A model generated the notes under the pieces. That model was not told the DNA's origin, did not search any database, and saw only the letters and a program-made list of their open reading frames with translations. Shown one piece after another: positions 18,183 to 28,020 of a DNA stretch of 46,602 bases. The stretch comes from an uncultured Brevundimonas sp. (GTDB lineage Bacteria > Pseudomonadota > Alphaproteobacteria > Caulobacterales > Caulobacteraceae): the NCBI GenBank assembly GCA_964456995.1, contig CAYWDO010000005.1, forward strand, positions 2,813 to 49,414, given 5' to 3'. The position numbers and the translations under genes were made by a program. The stretch's first letter is position 1; each line of letters opens with the position of its first letter.

Positions 18183-18282
18183 CCGGCGATCCGATAGAAG
18201 GCCGGCGTTCCATAGCGCCTTACGATCAAGCCCCGCTCGAACGTCGCGTCTGACGCGAGGCTCGCAAAAAAGGAGAAGACCG

Positions 18283-19263
18283 ATGAAGGCTGTTGTCCAC
18301 GATACCTTTGGCGAACCGAGCGAGGTTCTGGAGGCGCGTGATGTCGCCTTGCCCATTCCCGGACCAGGCGAGGTGCGCATAAGGACGCTGCTGTCGCCCA
18401 TCCACAATCACGACATCTGGACGGTTCGGGGCCAGTACGGCTATCGCCCAACCCTGCCAGGCGCTATCGGCGGATCTGAAGCGGCAGGGATTATCGAGGC
18501 GGTCGGCGACGGTGTCGATGTAGGGCTGGTGGGACGACGGGTGGCCGTCGCCGGGGTTCACGGGACCTGGGCCGAGCAGTTCATTGCCCCGGCGGCAGGC
18601 GTTCTGCCCCTGCCAGAGGCGGTTTCGGATGAGATGGCCGCTCAACTGATCTCCATGCCGTTTTCCGCCATCTCGCTACTGGATGTCCTGAAAGCCGAGA
18701 GGGGGGATTGGGTCATCCAGACCGCCGCAAACGGCGCAGTCGGTCGCGTCATGGTCGTTCTTGCCCAGGCGCGCGGCATCCATCTGCTGAACCTGGTTCG
18801 CCGCGACGAGGCCGCCGCCGAATTGCGCCAGGCCGGTGTGACCCATGTGCTCTCTACCTCGGCTGGAAACTGGAAGGATCAGGCGCGGGCGCTGATCGGT
18901 GCGGGACGTGCGGTCTCGGCCATCGATTCCGTGGGCGGCGAGATTTCGGCCGACCTGATCGATCTGTTGGCCCCGGATGGAGAACTGTTCGTCTTCGGCA
19001 CCGCGACCGGCGCGCCTATGACCCTGTCTTCCGGCCCCCTGATTCTGAAGCAGATCACGATCAAGGGGTTCTGGGGCTCTCGGGTCAGCGCCGAGATGGA
19101 CCCTGACAAGCGCAAGCGCCTGATCACCGAATTGGTCACGCTGGCCGCTCAGGGCAAGTTGTCGCTTGATACGGGCGGCGTCTTCGCGCTGGATCAGATC
19201 AAGAAGGCCGTGGCGGCCAGCCTGACCCCGGGCCGTGCGGGCAAGGTGATGCTGAAGCCCTAG
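18283..19263 (+). CDS. MDR-family oxidoreductase (enoyl-thioester reductase/quinone reductase-like)
   Basis: AGGAG RBS then MKAVVHDTFGEP; PIHNHD, GSEAAG, QTAANGAVG, DSVGG, GKVML. Confidence 0.85.
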   Translation: MKAVVHDTFGEPSEVLEARDVALPIPGPGEVRIRTLLSPIHNHDIWTVRGQYGYRPTLPGAIGGSEAAGIIEAVGDGVDVGLVGRRVAVAGVHGTWAEQFIAPAAGVLPLPEAVSDEMAAQLISMPFSAISLLDVLKAERGDWVIQTAANGAVGRVMVVLAQARGIHLLNLVRRDEAAAELRQAGVTHVLSTSAGNWKDQARALIGAGRAVSAIDSVGGEISADLIDLLAPDGELFVFGTATGAPMTLSSGPLILKQITIKGFWGSRVSAEMDPDKRKRLITELVTLAAQGKLSLDTGGVFALDQIKKAVAASLTPGRAGKVMLKP

Positions 19264-19275
19264 CCCTGACTCAAA

Positions 19276-19303
19276 GACGCCCTCGGACCAGTTCGAGGGC
19301 GTC
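19276..19303 (+). terminator. Hairpin downstream of MDR gene (possible terminator)
   Basis: GACGCCCTCG-N8-CGAGGGCGTC 10-bp stem starting 13 nt after the stop; no U-tract. Confidence 0.4.
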
Positions 19304-19654
19304 GATCAGGAAGACGACCTCAGCCCTCGACGCGAATGTATTGCAGAAAACGCTGATTTTTTCGGTCGCCTGAATGAGGCTGACGCCTCTATGGTTTGAA
19401 AGATCGCAGGGGTCTTAAGCCTGTCTCAATATTGAAGCGAGCCTCCTGTCCTTACCGGCTGTCTGGAGCCGAGCTGATTATCCTGCCCTGGAGCGGCGCC
19501 TGATGAACGGCTGTAGGATCAAGCGGGGCGTGTCACGACGGTCTTGCCGTGGCGCGTGCGGGACCGCTGACCGGCGAAGTGACAGGGGACGGTCGGGTTC
19601 ATTTTTAGGTGCTGCCATGGGCTTCGAGGCCATGTCTCGGGCGGCGAGGGCCGC

Positions 19655-21679
19655 ATGCTGACCCCCGATATGCCTGAAGACGAGGCGCTTCGACTGGTGG
19701 CTCTCAGTTCGCTGGACGTCGGCGAACATGAAATAGACGAGGTTCTGAATCGGCTGGTCGATGTGGCGCAGCGCCAGTCGGGCGCGCCGATCGCCTTTAT
19801 CTCGCTCATTGGCGCGGAGCGACAGCGCTTCATCGCCAAGAGTGGCCTGGACCTGGTGGAAACCACGCGATCCGAGGCCCTGTGTGCGCACGCTATTCTT
19901 GAACCACACAAGCTTCTGTGGGTGGCGGACGCCTGGCTGGATCCGCGGTTCAAGGACAATCCTCTGGTGCGGGGGACGCAACCCATCCGCTTCTATCTGG
20001 GCGCGCCGTTGCTCGTGAACGGCCGCGCTGTGGGGAGCTTCTGTCTGGCCGGGCCTGAGCCGCGCGCCCGTGACGAGGCCTTGGCCGGCTTCCTCGCCGA
20101 TCTCAGCAGTATCGCGTCGGAACGCCTGGCGGGACGGCAGAAGCGCACCTCGCTGGAGCGCGCGCTGGAGGCGGCCTCGGACGCCCTTGTCGTGGCCGAT
20201 GAGGAAAATCGCTATGTCTATTGGTCCAAGGGTGCAGAGCGCCTTTTCGGATACACAGCGGCCGAAGCGATCGGGTCGACGGGCGCGCTTCTTGGTCTGG
20301 ATTGCGAGGAAATCTATGCGGCGGCCACCCTGGGGGGCGATCGTGACGATGGATCGGGCGGGGTCAGGGCCGAGGCTGTAGCGAGGCGAAAGGACGGCTC
20401 GACCGTAGATATCGAAGTCTGCCTGGCGGTCTGGCATGAGGGTCCGGCCAAGCGAACCAGCGCCACCATTCGCGATATCGGCGAGCGAAAGGCCTACAAG
20501 GCCGAGCTTGTGCGTTCCAAAACTCGAGCCGAGGCGGCGAATGTCGCCAAGAGCGCCTTTCTGGCCAATATGAGCCATGAACTGCGAACGCCGTTGAATG
20601 GCGTCATCGGGGTGGTCGAACTTTTGGCCGCCACCCCCATGACCGAACATCAGAAGGAACTGACCGGCATCATCCAGACGTCGGCGGATCAGCTTCGCAG
20701 CCTGATAGGTGACATTCTGGATCTGGCCCGGATCGAATCCGGAGAGGTGGAGATCGCCCAGGAAGTCTTCGACCTGGGGGCCGAAATCGAACGCGTCAGA
20801 CGACTGTGCGCGCTGCGGGCGTCGGAAAAGGGCCTGGAACTGTCTCTGGATCCTGTGGCCGACGTTGGTCTGGTGGTGGGCGATCCTCTTCGCCTTCGCC
20901 AGGTCATCGTCAATCTGCTGAACAACGCCATCAAGTTCACGACCGCCGGCTCCGTTTCGCTTTGCGTTAAGCGCCTGCCGGACGAGGTCTTCCGGTTCGA
21001 GGTAAAGGATACGGGGATCGGATTTTCCGACGACCAGCGCGAGGCCCTGTTCGAACGTTTCCAGCAGGCCGACGGCACGATCACGCGCCGGTTCGGCGGA
21101 ACCGGTCTGGGGCTGGCCATCTCTCGTGAGCTTGTCGAGGCCATGGGCGGGGTCATCGATTGTCGGGCCGTTCCCGGGGAAGGCGCGGCCTTCTGGTTCG
21201 ACGTCAAACTCCCCCCGGGCAAGATAGAGGCCGCGCCGGAGCCGGACATCGTGGCCACGACGGAGGCGGCGGTTGCGCACGTCCTGGTCGCCGATGACAG
21301 TGAGACCAACCGGCGCGTGGCGGAACTTATACTTTCGGCCGCAGGCGTGGCCTCGACAGTGGTCGAGGACGGCGTCATGGCGGTGGAGGCCTGGCGTCAC
21401 GCCCGATTTGACGTCGTCCTGATGGACATGATGATGCCCCGGATGGACGGCTTGGCGGCCACGCGAGCGATCCGAGGGCTGGAGGCGGCCGAGGGACGCC
21501 CCAGGACCCCGATCATCATGCTGACGGCCAATACGTCGCGCGAACATGTCGAGGCGGCGCTGCTTGCCGGTGCAGACCTGCATCTTCCCAAGCCGATCAC
21601 GGCGAGCGCCCTCTATGAAGCGCTGGCTGCGGCCGCCGGGGCGGATATTGATTCAGGGGCCGACACGGTCTCCCTCTAG
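19655..21679 (+). CDS. Cytoplasmic hybrid histidine kinase GAF-PAS-HisKA-HATPase-REC
   Basis: GAF (DPRFKDNPLV..IRFYLGAPL), PAS (WSKGAERLFGY...RRKDGS), H-box FLANMSHELRTPLNG, NAIKFT, DTGIG, GGTGLGL, and receiver VLMDMMMPRMDG...KP. Confidence 0.92.
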   Translation: MLTPDMPEDEALRLVALSSLDVGEHEIDEVLNRLVDVAQRQSGAPIAFISLIGAERQRFIAKSGLDLVETTRSEALCAHAILEPHKLLWVADAWLDPRFKDNPLVRGTQPIRFYLGAPLLVNGRAVGSFCLAGPEPRARDEALAGFLADLSSIASERLAGRQKRTSLERALEAASDALVVADEENRYVYWSKGAERLFGYTAAEAIGSTGALLGLDCEEIYAAATLGGDRDDGSGGVRAEAVARRKDGSTVDIEVCLAVWHEGPAKRTSATIRDIGERKAYKAELVRSKTRAEAANVAKSAFLANMSHELRTPLNGVIGVVELLAATPMTEHQKELTGIIQTSADQLRSLIGDILDLARIESGEVEIAQEVFDLGAEIERVRRLCALRASEKGLELSLDPVADVGLVVGDPLRLRQVIVNLLNNAIKFTTAGSVSLCVKRLPDEVFRFEVKDTGIGFSDDQREALFERFQQADGTITRRFGGTGLGLAISRELVEAMGGVIDCRAVPGEGAAFWFDVKLPPGKIEAAPEPDIVATTEAAVAHVLVADDSETNRRVAELILSAAGVASTVVEDGVMAVEAWRHARFDVVLMDMMMPRMDGLAATRAIRGLEAAEGRPRTPIIMLTANTSREHVEAALLAGADLHLPKPITASALYEALAAAAGADIDSGADTVSL

Positions 21680-21790
21680 AGAGGGGGCGCTCTGCAAGAT
21701 CCAACAGGGTCGAAGATTGCGCACCCTTGCACCATCTTTGCTGGCGAGATTTCGCAAGTCCCTTTATGGGCGGCGCGCGCAGGATGCGCG

Positions 21791-22216
21791 TTGTGGATGG
21801 TGGCCTTGCGTTTTCGTATCGATGAAAAATCCCGCCTGCTGTTCATCGACCTCGACAGCGGCGTTTCGGCGCAAAAGGCCATGAACATCTCCCTGGATCT
21901 GTTCGACCGCCGCCCCGAGCTCTGGTCCTGGGACTGGATCGTTCAGGCAACGGTCGTGCCCGAAGACGCTTCGATCGACCACATGGCGCGTCTGGCCCGC
22001 GCCCATGTGGGTCACGAGCGGGTCGCAACAAGTGTTCTGGTCAGCCACGACAGGGCCTTGCATCTGTGGGCGCGTGTCATGGACTTCCAGTTCCCCGGGC
22101 GTCGGCACACGGTCGTACGCAGCGTAGAGGAAGGGCTGGACCGTCTCGGCCTGCCTCGCCGCTTGCTTGACGGTCCTGCGGATCGTCTGGATCGGAACCC
22201 TGTCGGCAAGCCCTGA
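21791..22216 (+). CDS. Small hypothetical protein (possibly STAS/SEC14-like alpha/beta domain)
   Basis: Protein-like composition (FRIDEKSRLLFIDL...VRSVEEGLDRLG); follows the kinase. Start uncertain (21791-21800). Confidence 0.55.
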   Translation: MWMVALRFRIDEKSRLLFIDLDSGVSAQKAMNISLDLFDRRPELWSWDWIVQATVVPEDASIDHMARLARAHVGHERVATSVLVSHDRALHLWARVMDFQFPGRRHTVVRSVEEGLDRLGLPRRLLDGPADRLDRNPVGKP

Positions 22217-22559
22217 CATCGCGCTGCAAGCGGACCCGGGCTTGAGCCTGCGAGGTCGAGAGGACGGCCTTCGTCCAGCCGGTGCGGGCCTACTGCGTAA
22301 ATCTGCTTAGTGCGCGGATATGCAGCGGTTAACGCCTGACCCCGTACCCAGCGTACGGATGGGGAGCCGAGCCAAGTCATGGAAGAGGAACGCCTGCACG
22401 CGGTCAGCGCGACCCGGTTTGCAGTGTTCCGCGCCAAGGGGCTCGACCGGCCATCCATGGCGCGCCCGTGGCCAGTCTGACAGCCGTGTGATTGCGGGTT
22501 TTCGCTCGTAAAGCGGGCCCGTGCACACCCGTATTTGTATCCAGGATCCAGGATCTTCC

Positions 22560-24407
22560 ATGCAACTGACGATCAAGGCTCGGCTTCTCGGCTGCCTGGC
22601 GGCTCTCGCAGTCGGCATGGCGGCGATAGGCGCGGCGGGATGGGTGGTGAGCAGCACGGCTCAGCAGCGCATGCAGTCGGTGATCGCTGATCGCGTGGCG
22701 CCCCTGCAGCAGCTCAAGGCCATCAGCGACCTCTACGCCGTCAGCATCGTCGATGCGGCCCACAAGGCGGCGTCCGGTCTGGTGACCCCGGAGAAGGCGA
22801 ACGAGCAGATCAGCGTGGCCCGAAGCCGGATCGACAGCACCTGGAGCGCGTATCAGGCCACCAACATGACGCCCGAAGAGCAGGCGCTCGCCAACAAGGT
22901 CAAGCAGGCGATGCCCGCCGCTGATCAGGCCGTCGATGAACTCGCCCGCATTCTGGCGACCTCAGACATGGCGGCGCTCAAGACCTTCAACGACCAGACC
23001 CTCTATGCCGCCATCGACCCGATGAGCGGCAACATCGGCGCCCTTGTCGATCTGCAGATCCGGGTCGCCCAGCAGGACGGGGAGGCGGCGGCATCCGCCG
23101 CACGCATCGGCCTGATGGTCATGTGCGCCATTGCCCTTATGGCCGCCGGCCTGCTGGCTTTCGCCACGAACGTGGTCGTGCGTCAGGTGACGGCGCCCAT
23201 CATGGCCATGACCCGCGCCATGAACCGCCTGGCGGACGGCGACAACGCGGTCGAAATCCCCGCCGTCGGTCAGCGCGACGAACTGGGCCAGATGGCCGGC
23301 GCCGTGCAGGTCTTCAAGGACAACGCCATCGCCAAGATCAAGGCCGACGCCGAGGTGGAACAGGCCAAGGCGCGTGCGGAACAGGAACGCCAGGCGGCCA
23401 GCGCTGCGGCCATCGCCACGGAGCAGGCGCTGGTGGTCCGATCCTTCGGCGCCTCGCTGGAACGTCTGGCCAGCGGCGATCTCACCTGGCGGCTGGAGGA
23501 CGAAATGCCGCCGGCCTACGAAAAGCTGAAAGCCGACTTCAACAACGCCATGCTGAAGCTTCAGGACGCGATGAGGGTGATCGTGGGGAACGCGGCTTCG
23601 ATCCACTCGGGCAGCCGCGAAATCTCGGTCGCCTCGGACGACCTGGCCAAGCGCACCGAACAGCAGGCCGCCGGCCTGGAAGAAACCGCAGCGGCGCTCG
23701 ATCAGATCACGGCGACGGTGAAGCGCACCGCCGAGGGAGCCAGGGAAACGCGCCAGGTCGTCGCTTCGGCCAAGGCGGACGCCGAAACCAGCGGCCAGGT
23801 GGTGGGGCGGGCGATCGCCGCCATGGGCGCCATCGAAGACTCCTCGCGGCAGATCAACCAGATCATCGGCGTGATCGACGAAATCGCCTTCCAGACCAAT
23901 CTTCTGGCTCTGAACGCCGGGGTCGAGGCGGCGCGCGCGGGCGACGCCGGTCGCGGCTTCGCCGTGGTCGCGTCTGAAGTGCGCGCCCTGGCCCAGCGCT
24001 CGGCCGAGGCCGCCAAGGAGATCAAGGTCCTGATCTCGGCTTCGGGCGTCCAGGTCAGCGAAGGGGTGGATCTGGTCGGTCAGACCGGGCGGGCTTTGGA
24101 ACGCATTCTGGGCGAGGTGGTCCAGATCAACGGCCTGGTCGCCGAGATCGCCGCCTCGGCCGAAGAGCAGGCGACGGGTCTTCAGCAGGTCAATATCGCC
24201 GTCAATCAGATGGACCAGGTCATCCAGCAGAACGCCGCCATGGTCGAGGAATCCACCGCCGCCAGCCATTCTTTGTCGCGAGAAGCGGATAATCTGACAG
24301 AGCTGATGGCGCAGTTCCGCGTGGACGCCGCGACCGGTGAGTCGAGCACGACAGGCCGGTCGCCTTCGCGCGCCGCCGTTCGCCTGGTCTCAAACCGCGC
24401 CGTCTAG
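22560..24407 (+). CDS. Methyl-accepting chemotaxis protein (4-helix-bundle sensor, HAMP)
   Basis: Two TM segments, [12 protein letters not shown], and signalling hairpin [41 protein letters not shown]. Confidence 0.92.
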   Translation: MQLTIKARLLGCLAALAVGMAAIGAAGWVVSSTAQQRMQSVIADRVAPLQQLKAISDLYAVSIVDAAHKAASGLVTPEKANEQISVARSRIDSTWSAYQATNMTPEEQALANKVKQAMPAADQAVDELARILATSDMAALKTFNDQTLYAAIDPMSGNIGALVDLQIRVAQQDGEAAASAARIGLMVMCAIALMAAGLLAFATNVVVRQVTAPIMAMTRAMNRLADGDNAVEIPAVGQRDELGQMAGAVQVFKDNAIAKIKADAEVEQAKARAEQERQAASAAAIATEQALVVRSFGASLERLASGDLTWRLEDEMPPAYEKLKADFNNAMLKLQDAMRVIVGNAASIHSGSREISVASDDLAKRTEQQAAGLEETAAALDQITATVKRTAEGARETRQVVASAKADAETSGQVVGRAIAAMGAIEDSSRQINQIIGVIDEIAFQTNLLALNAGVEAARAGDAGRGFAVVASEVRALAQRSAEAAKEIKVLISASGVQVSEGVDLVGQTGRALERILGEVVQINGLVAEIAASAEEQATGLQQVNIAVNQMDQVIQQNAAMVEESTAASHSLSREADNLTELMAQFRVDAATGESSTTGRSPSRAAVRLVSNRAV

Positions 24408-24528
24408 ACAGCGACTGAGGCGTGGGGGCAGTTCAGGCTGCCCCTACGCATTCTGGCGACGAAGTTTCGAGGGCGGGCCCTGTCGGCCCATCCTTGATTT
24501 CAGCCCGTACTGGTCTGAAGCCGAGAAT

Positions 24529-25932
24529 TCAGAAGGGGAAAAATACCGGGATGGCGACCATGGCGGCCACCCACGTGATCAGATTGAGCGGCACGCCGAC
24601 CCGCACGAAGTCCATGTAGCTGTAGCCACCCATGTTGAAGACCAGAACATTGGTCTGATAGCCGAACGGGGTGGCGAAGGCGGCGGATGCGGCCATCATG
24701 ACGCAGACCAGGAAGGGACGGGGATCGACCCCCAGACTGTCGGCCAAGGCTACGGCGACGGGTGTGATCAGGACCGCAACCGTGGCGTTGGACAAAAGCT
24801 CCGTGGCGAACAAGGTGACCCCATACAGAACGATCAGGGCGCCGAGAGGCCCCATCGGGCGGATGACGTCGATCAGGCGCCCGGCCCCGGCCTGCGCCAG
24901 GCCCGTCACCTCAATGGCCGTGCCGACCACCACCATGCCGGCGATCAGCAGGAGGATTTCGGGTCGCAGGCCCGCATAGGCCTCTTCCGGGGTGATGACG
25001 CGCAGAAGGATCAAGGCCACGGCCCCGGCGAACGCGGACGCGGCGATGGGCGCCCAACCCAGGGCCGCCGACACGATCACCAGGCCAAAGACCCCGAGCG
25101 AGATCAGGGCGGGCCTCAGACGAAAGGGCCGGTCACCGGCCCCATACAGGGCCACGTCGCCCAGATGGGCGTCGCCCGAACCATCCGACAGGTTGCGGGA
25201 TTCACCCAGGCGGGGCAGGCGGAAGGAGAACAGGCCGCGCCGCCAGGTGGAGGCCTCCGCCTTGCGTCTCGCGGCCTCCTCCTCGGCCAGACGAGCGGCT
25301 TCAGCTTCGTCCTTTTCAACGGATCGACCGAGCTGGCGCGCGCCGACGAAGTAGAGCCACAGGCCGCCCGCGAGAGCGATGCACAGGCCGACGGGGGTGA
25401 TCTCGAACAGGCTGAAGACCGGTTGACCCGCGTTCCGCGCCATGTCGTTGACGAGCAGGTTGGTGGAGGTGCCGATCAACGTCAGCAGGCCGCCCATGAC
25501 TGTTACGTGGCTGAGCGGCATCAGGAAGCGCTTGGGCGACAGGCGCAGCGAAACGGCGACGTCACGGATCACTGGCGCTGCGAGCACCACGACGGGCGTA
25601 TTGTTGAGGAAGCCCCCGACCGAGCCGCACAGACCGATGACGATCCAAATGCCTGTCGCGCCAATACGTGTGGCCAACTGGGTCGCTTTGCGGATCATCA
25701 AGCCCAAGAGGCCAGAGAGTTCAATGGCATAGGCGATGACGAAGAGCCCGGCCAGCGCGATGACGGCGGGACTGGCGAAGGCGCCCTGCACCTCGACTGG
25801 ACGCACAACGCCGAGAAGCAGGAGCACGGCAGCGCCGGTCAGGGCGACGACGTCTGCCCGGAGCTTGCCGTGAATCAGTACGCCCACCACGCCGACGAGC
25901 ACCGCCAAGGCGGCGATTTGGTCAAAGGTCAT
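24529..25932 (-). CDS. SLC13/CitMHS family permease
   Basis: GFLNNTPVV, GGLLTLIGTSTNLLV, TELLSNAT, FATPFGYQTN..V...GGY...DFVRVG. Confidence 0.88.
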   Translation of the reverse strand: MTFDQIAALAVLVGVVGVLIHGKLRADVVALTGAAVLLLLGVVRPVEVQGAFASPAVIALAGLFVIAYAIELSGLLGLMIRKATQLATRIGATGIWIVIGLCGSVGGFLNNTPVVVLAAPVIRDVAVSLRLSPKRFLMPLSHVTVMGGLLTLIGTSTNLLVNDMARNAGQPVFSLFEITPVGLCIALAGGLWLYFVGARQLGRSVEKDEAEAARLAEEEAARRKAEASTWRRGLFSFRLPRLGESRNLSDGSGDAHLGDVALYGAGDRPFRLRPALISLGVFGLVIVSAALGWAPIAASAFAGAVALILLRVITPEEAYAGLRPEILLLIAGMVVVGTAIEVTGLAQAGAGRLIDVIRPMGPLGALIVLYGVTLFATELLSNATVAVLITPVAVALADSLGVDPRPFLVCVMMAASAAFATPFGYQTNVLVFNMGGYSYMDFVRVGVPLNLITWVAAMVAIPVFFPF

Positions 25933-26020
25933 GATCGCGTGCAGACCGCTCCCCATCGCTTTCGTCAACCTTTTTCCCACACGCGCGGGCACAAAGCGAC
26001 CAGCATGCTAGGATGGTTCC

Positions 26021-26857
26021 ATGTCCGAACCGACCGTCCTGATCCGTCCGTCAGCCGTCGCATTGGCGGCCTCCCTTTTGGCTCTCGCCGCCTGCCAGCG
26101 CGAAGAAGCGGTCGCCCCTGCGCCTGCCCCAGCGCCGCCGCCGCCAGTTGTCGTCATCGGCCCGTCGCCGGTCCTTGACCGGAACGGCCTTCTTCAGGCG
26201 GTTGATCAGGCGGCTTCTGACTATGCGGCCGGACGCGCCGCCGCCGACGAAACATTTGCCGGGCGTCGATTTTTGATTCGGCAGGCTTTCGGCTGCGGCC
26301 TTCCGGTCGATTCGTCCGATCCGGGTATCGAAGAGGGGACAGCCGGCCTCGTAAAAGGCGGCCGGACCTCAGACCTTGAATTGACCCTGACGCCTGCAGA
26401 CTGGACGCCGGCTCTGCCGTCCGACAATGGATCAGCCGCCTGGGAAGCCGCAGAAGGCTTCTGGTTGCCATGGCCCTGGCTGCGCGCCGACGGCTGTCCG
26501 CGTCCAGTGACGCAGCCGATTGGCGTTGACCGCGCGCCGACAGAGACGGCCCCGGCCGCTCAACAAAGCGTGGGGCTGGCTGCGGTGTTCGACACCGATG
26601 GCTCCCGTCTGGGCCGCCGCAAGGGCAGGGCCTATCAATTCATCCTGAGGGGCGAGGGGCAGCAGGCGCCGGTCCCGGACGCGGGCGGCTATCGGCTGGT
26701 TTTGGAAGGACGCATGGCCGCTTTTACCGACGGTCATGCCATTCGTTGTCGCGCCACGCAGCCGGAACAGCGTCCGGTCTGCGTGGCCGCTGTCCGGCTG
26801 GAACGCGTCGCCTTTGAAGATTCCGGCGGCCAGACTTTGGTCGAGTGGCGTTCCTGA
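26021..26857 (+). CDS. Hypothetical lipoprotein
   Basis: Lipobox LALAAC, Pro/Ala linker, four further Cys; fills the gap between minus-strand genes. Confidence 0.7.
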   Translation: MSEPTVLIRPSAVALAASLLALAACQREEAVAPAPAPAPPPPVVVIGPSPVLDRNGLLQAVDQAASDYAAGRAAADETFAGRRFLIRQAFGCGLPVDSSDPGIEEGTAGLVKGGRTSDLELTLTPADWTPALPSDNGSAAWEAAEGFWLPWPWLRADGCPRPVTQPIGVDRAPTETAPAAQQSVGLAAVFDTDGSRLGRRKGRAYQFILRGEGQQAPVPDAGGYRLVLEGRMAAFTDGHAIRCRATQPEQRPVCVAAVRLERVAFEDSGGQTLVEWRS

Positions 26858-26884
26858 ACGGCCCCTCTGGGTAAGGCGTGCCGA

Positions 26885-27997
26885 TCAGGGAAGCGGCTGG
26901 TGGGTGAAGCCTGCCAGATTGCTCATGGGGCGCGCGTCACGACTGATCTCGACGTCGCTTTCGACATAGGCGATCAGCAGGCGCGCCAGATCGGTCAGGG
27001 CGCTTTCGTGGATTCGTTCGTAGCCATGGCTGGCGTCGATGCCGAAGGCGAGAAGGGCAGTGCGAATATCTGCTCCGGATTCCAGGGCCGAAGCGGAATC
27101 GGACCTGTAATAGCGGAATACGTCCTTCTGATGCGGGATGCCCTGATCACGGGCCAGTTGAACCAGCTTGCGTGACAGGTGCCAGTCGAAGGGCCCGGTC
27201 TGGTCGGCCATGGCGATGGTGACGCCGAACTCTGAAGAGTTCTGGCCGGGCGCCGTCGTTCCGTTATCGACCGTAACCATGGCGGCCACGTCAGGGACCA
27301 GAACTGACGAGGCGCCCAACCCCACTTCTTCGGCGATGGTGAACAGCCACCAGGTGTCGACGGTCGGCGTGCGCTGCTCGCGAACAAGGCACTCCAGGGC
27401 GGCCAGAAGGATGGCTACACCGGCCTTGTCGTCCAGATGACGTGACACGATGAAGCCCGTGTCGAGAAACTCCGGCTGGGGGTCGATGGCGACGATGTCG
27501 CCGATATCAACGCCCAGGCTCAGCGTGTCGTCGCGGTCATGCGTGACGGCGTCGATGCGTAGCTCAACGTCCCGCCAACTGACGGGCTGGGTGTCGATTT
27601 CGGTGTTGAAGGTGTGTCCCGAAGCCTTGAGCGGCAGGATGGTCCCGCGCCAGGCGCCGCCTTCGGCGAAGATCGTGCAGCGCGCGCCTTCGGCGAAGCG
27701 GGAGGACCAATGGCCGATCGGGACCACCTCCAGCCGTCCATTATCCTTAACCTGTTTGACTTGGGCGCCCAGGGTGTCGACGTGGGCGACGACCGCACGG
27801 GCGGGTGTGGCGTCCCGACCGGGAAGACGGGCCCGGATCGCGCCGCGACGGGTCATTTCATAGTCGAGGCCCAGGCGTTCCAGTTCGCGGCAAAGCAGGC
27901 GTACTGCCTCATCCGTATAGCCGGTCGGGCTGGGCGTATTCAGCAGGTCTGCGAGGCGGGCCTTGAGGTAGGCGAGGTCGATAGCGGGATCAGACAA
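26885..27997 (-). CDS. Osmoprotectant NAGGN system M42 family peptidase
   Basis: TPSPTGYTD, AHVDTLGA, SRHLDDKAG, AEEVG, YYRSDSASA, DASHGYERIH. Third gene of the NAGGN trio. Confidence 0.88.
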   Translation of the reverse strand: MSDPAIDLAYLKARLADLLNTPSPTGYTDEAVRLLCRELERLGLDYEMTRRGAIRARLPGRDATPARAVVAHVDTLGAQVKQVKDNGRLEVVPIGHWSSRFAEGARCTIFAEGGAWRGTILPLKASGHTFNTEIDTQPVSWRDVELRIDAVTHDRDDTLSLGVDIGDIVAIDPQPEFLDTGFIVSRHLDDKAGVAILLAALECLVREQRTPTVDTWWLFTIAEEVGLGASSVLVPDVAAMVTVDNGTTAPGQNSSEFGVTIAMADQTGPFDWHLSRKLVQLARDQGIPHQKDVFRYYRSDSASALESGADIRTALLAFGIDASHGYERIHESALTDLARLLIAYVESDVEISRDARPMSNLAGFTHQPLP

Positions 27998-28020
27998 GCG
28001 TGTTCTCTTTCGGTTTGCGT

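Noticed and set aside
17932-18282. Long N-terminal extension of the MDR oxidoreductase
   Set aside because: It overlaps the M3 peptidase; an AGGAG RBS supports ATG 18283.
19478-21583. 701-aa antisense ORF (also 24337..26178, 37827..39275, 39773..41251, 6464..7936, 9135..10712, 706..1980, 22962..24269)
   Set aside because: Shadow frames opposite well-supported genes. Expected in high-GC DNA, and they carry no recognisable motifs.
22320-22345. CtrA box upstream of the MCP
   Set aside because: Only a single TTAAC half-site; no second TTAA at 7-nt spacing.
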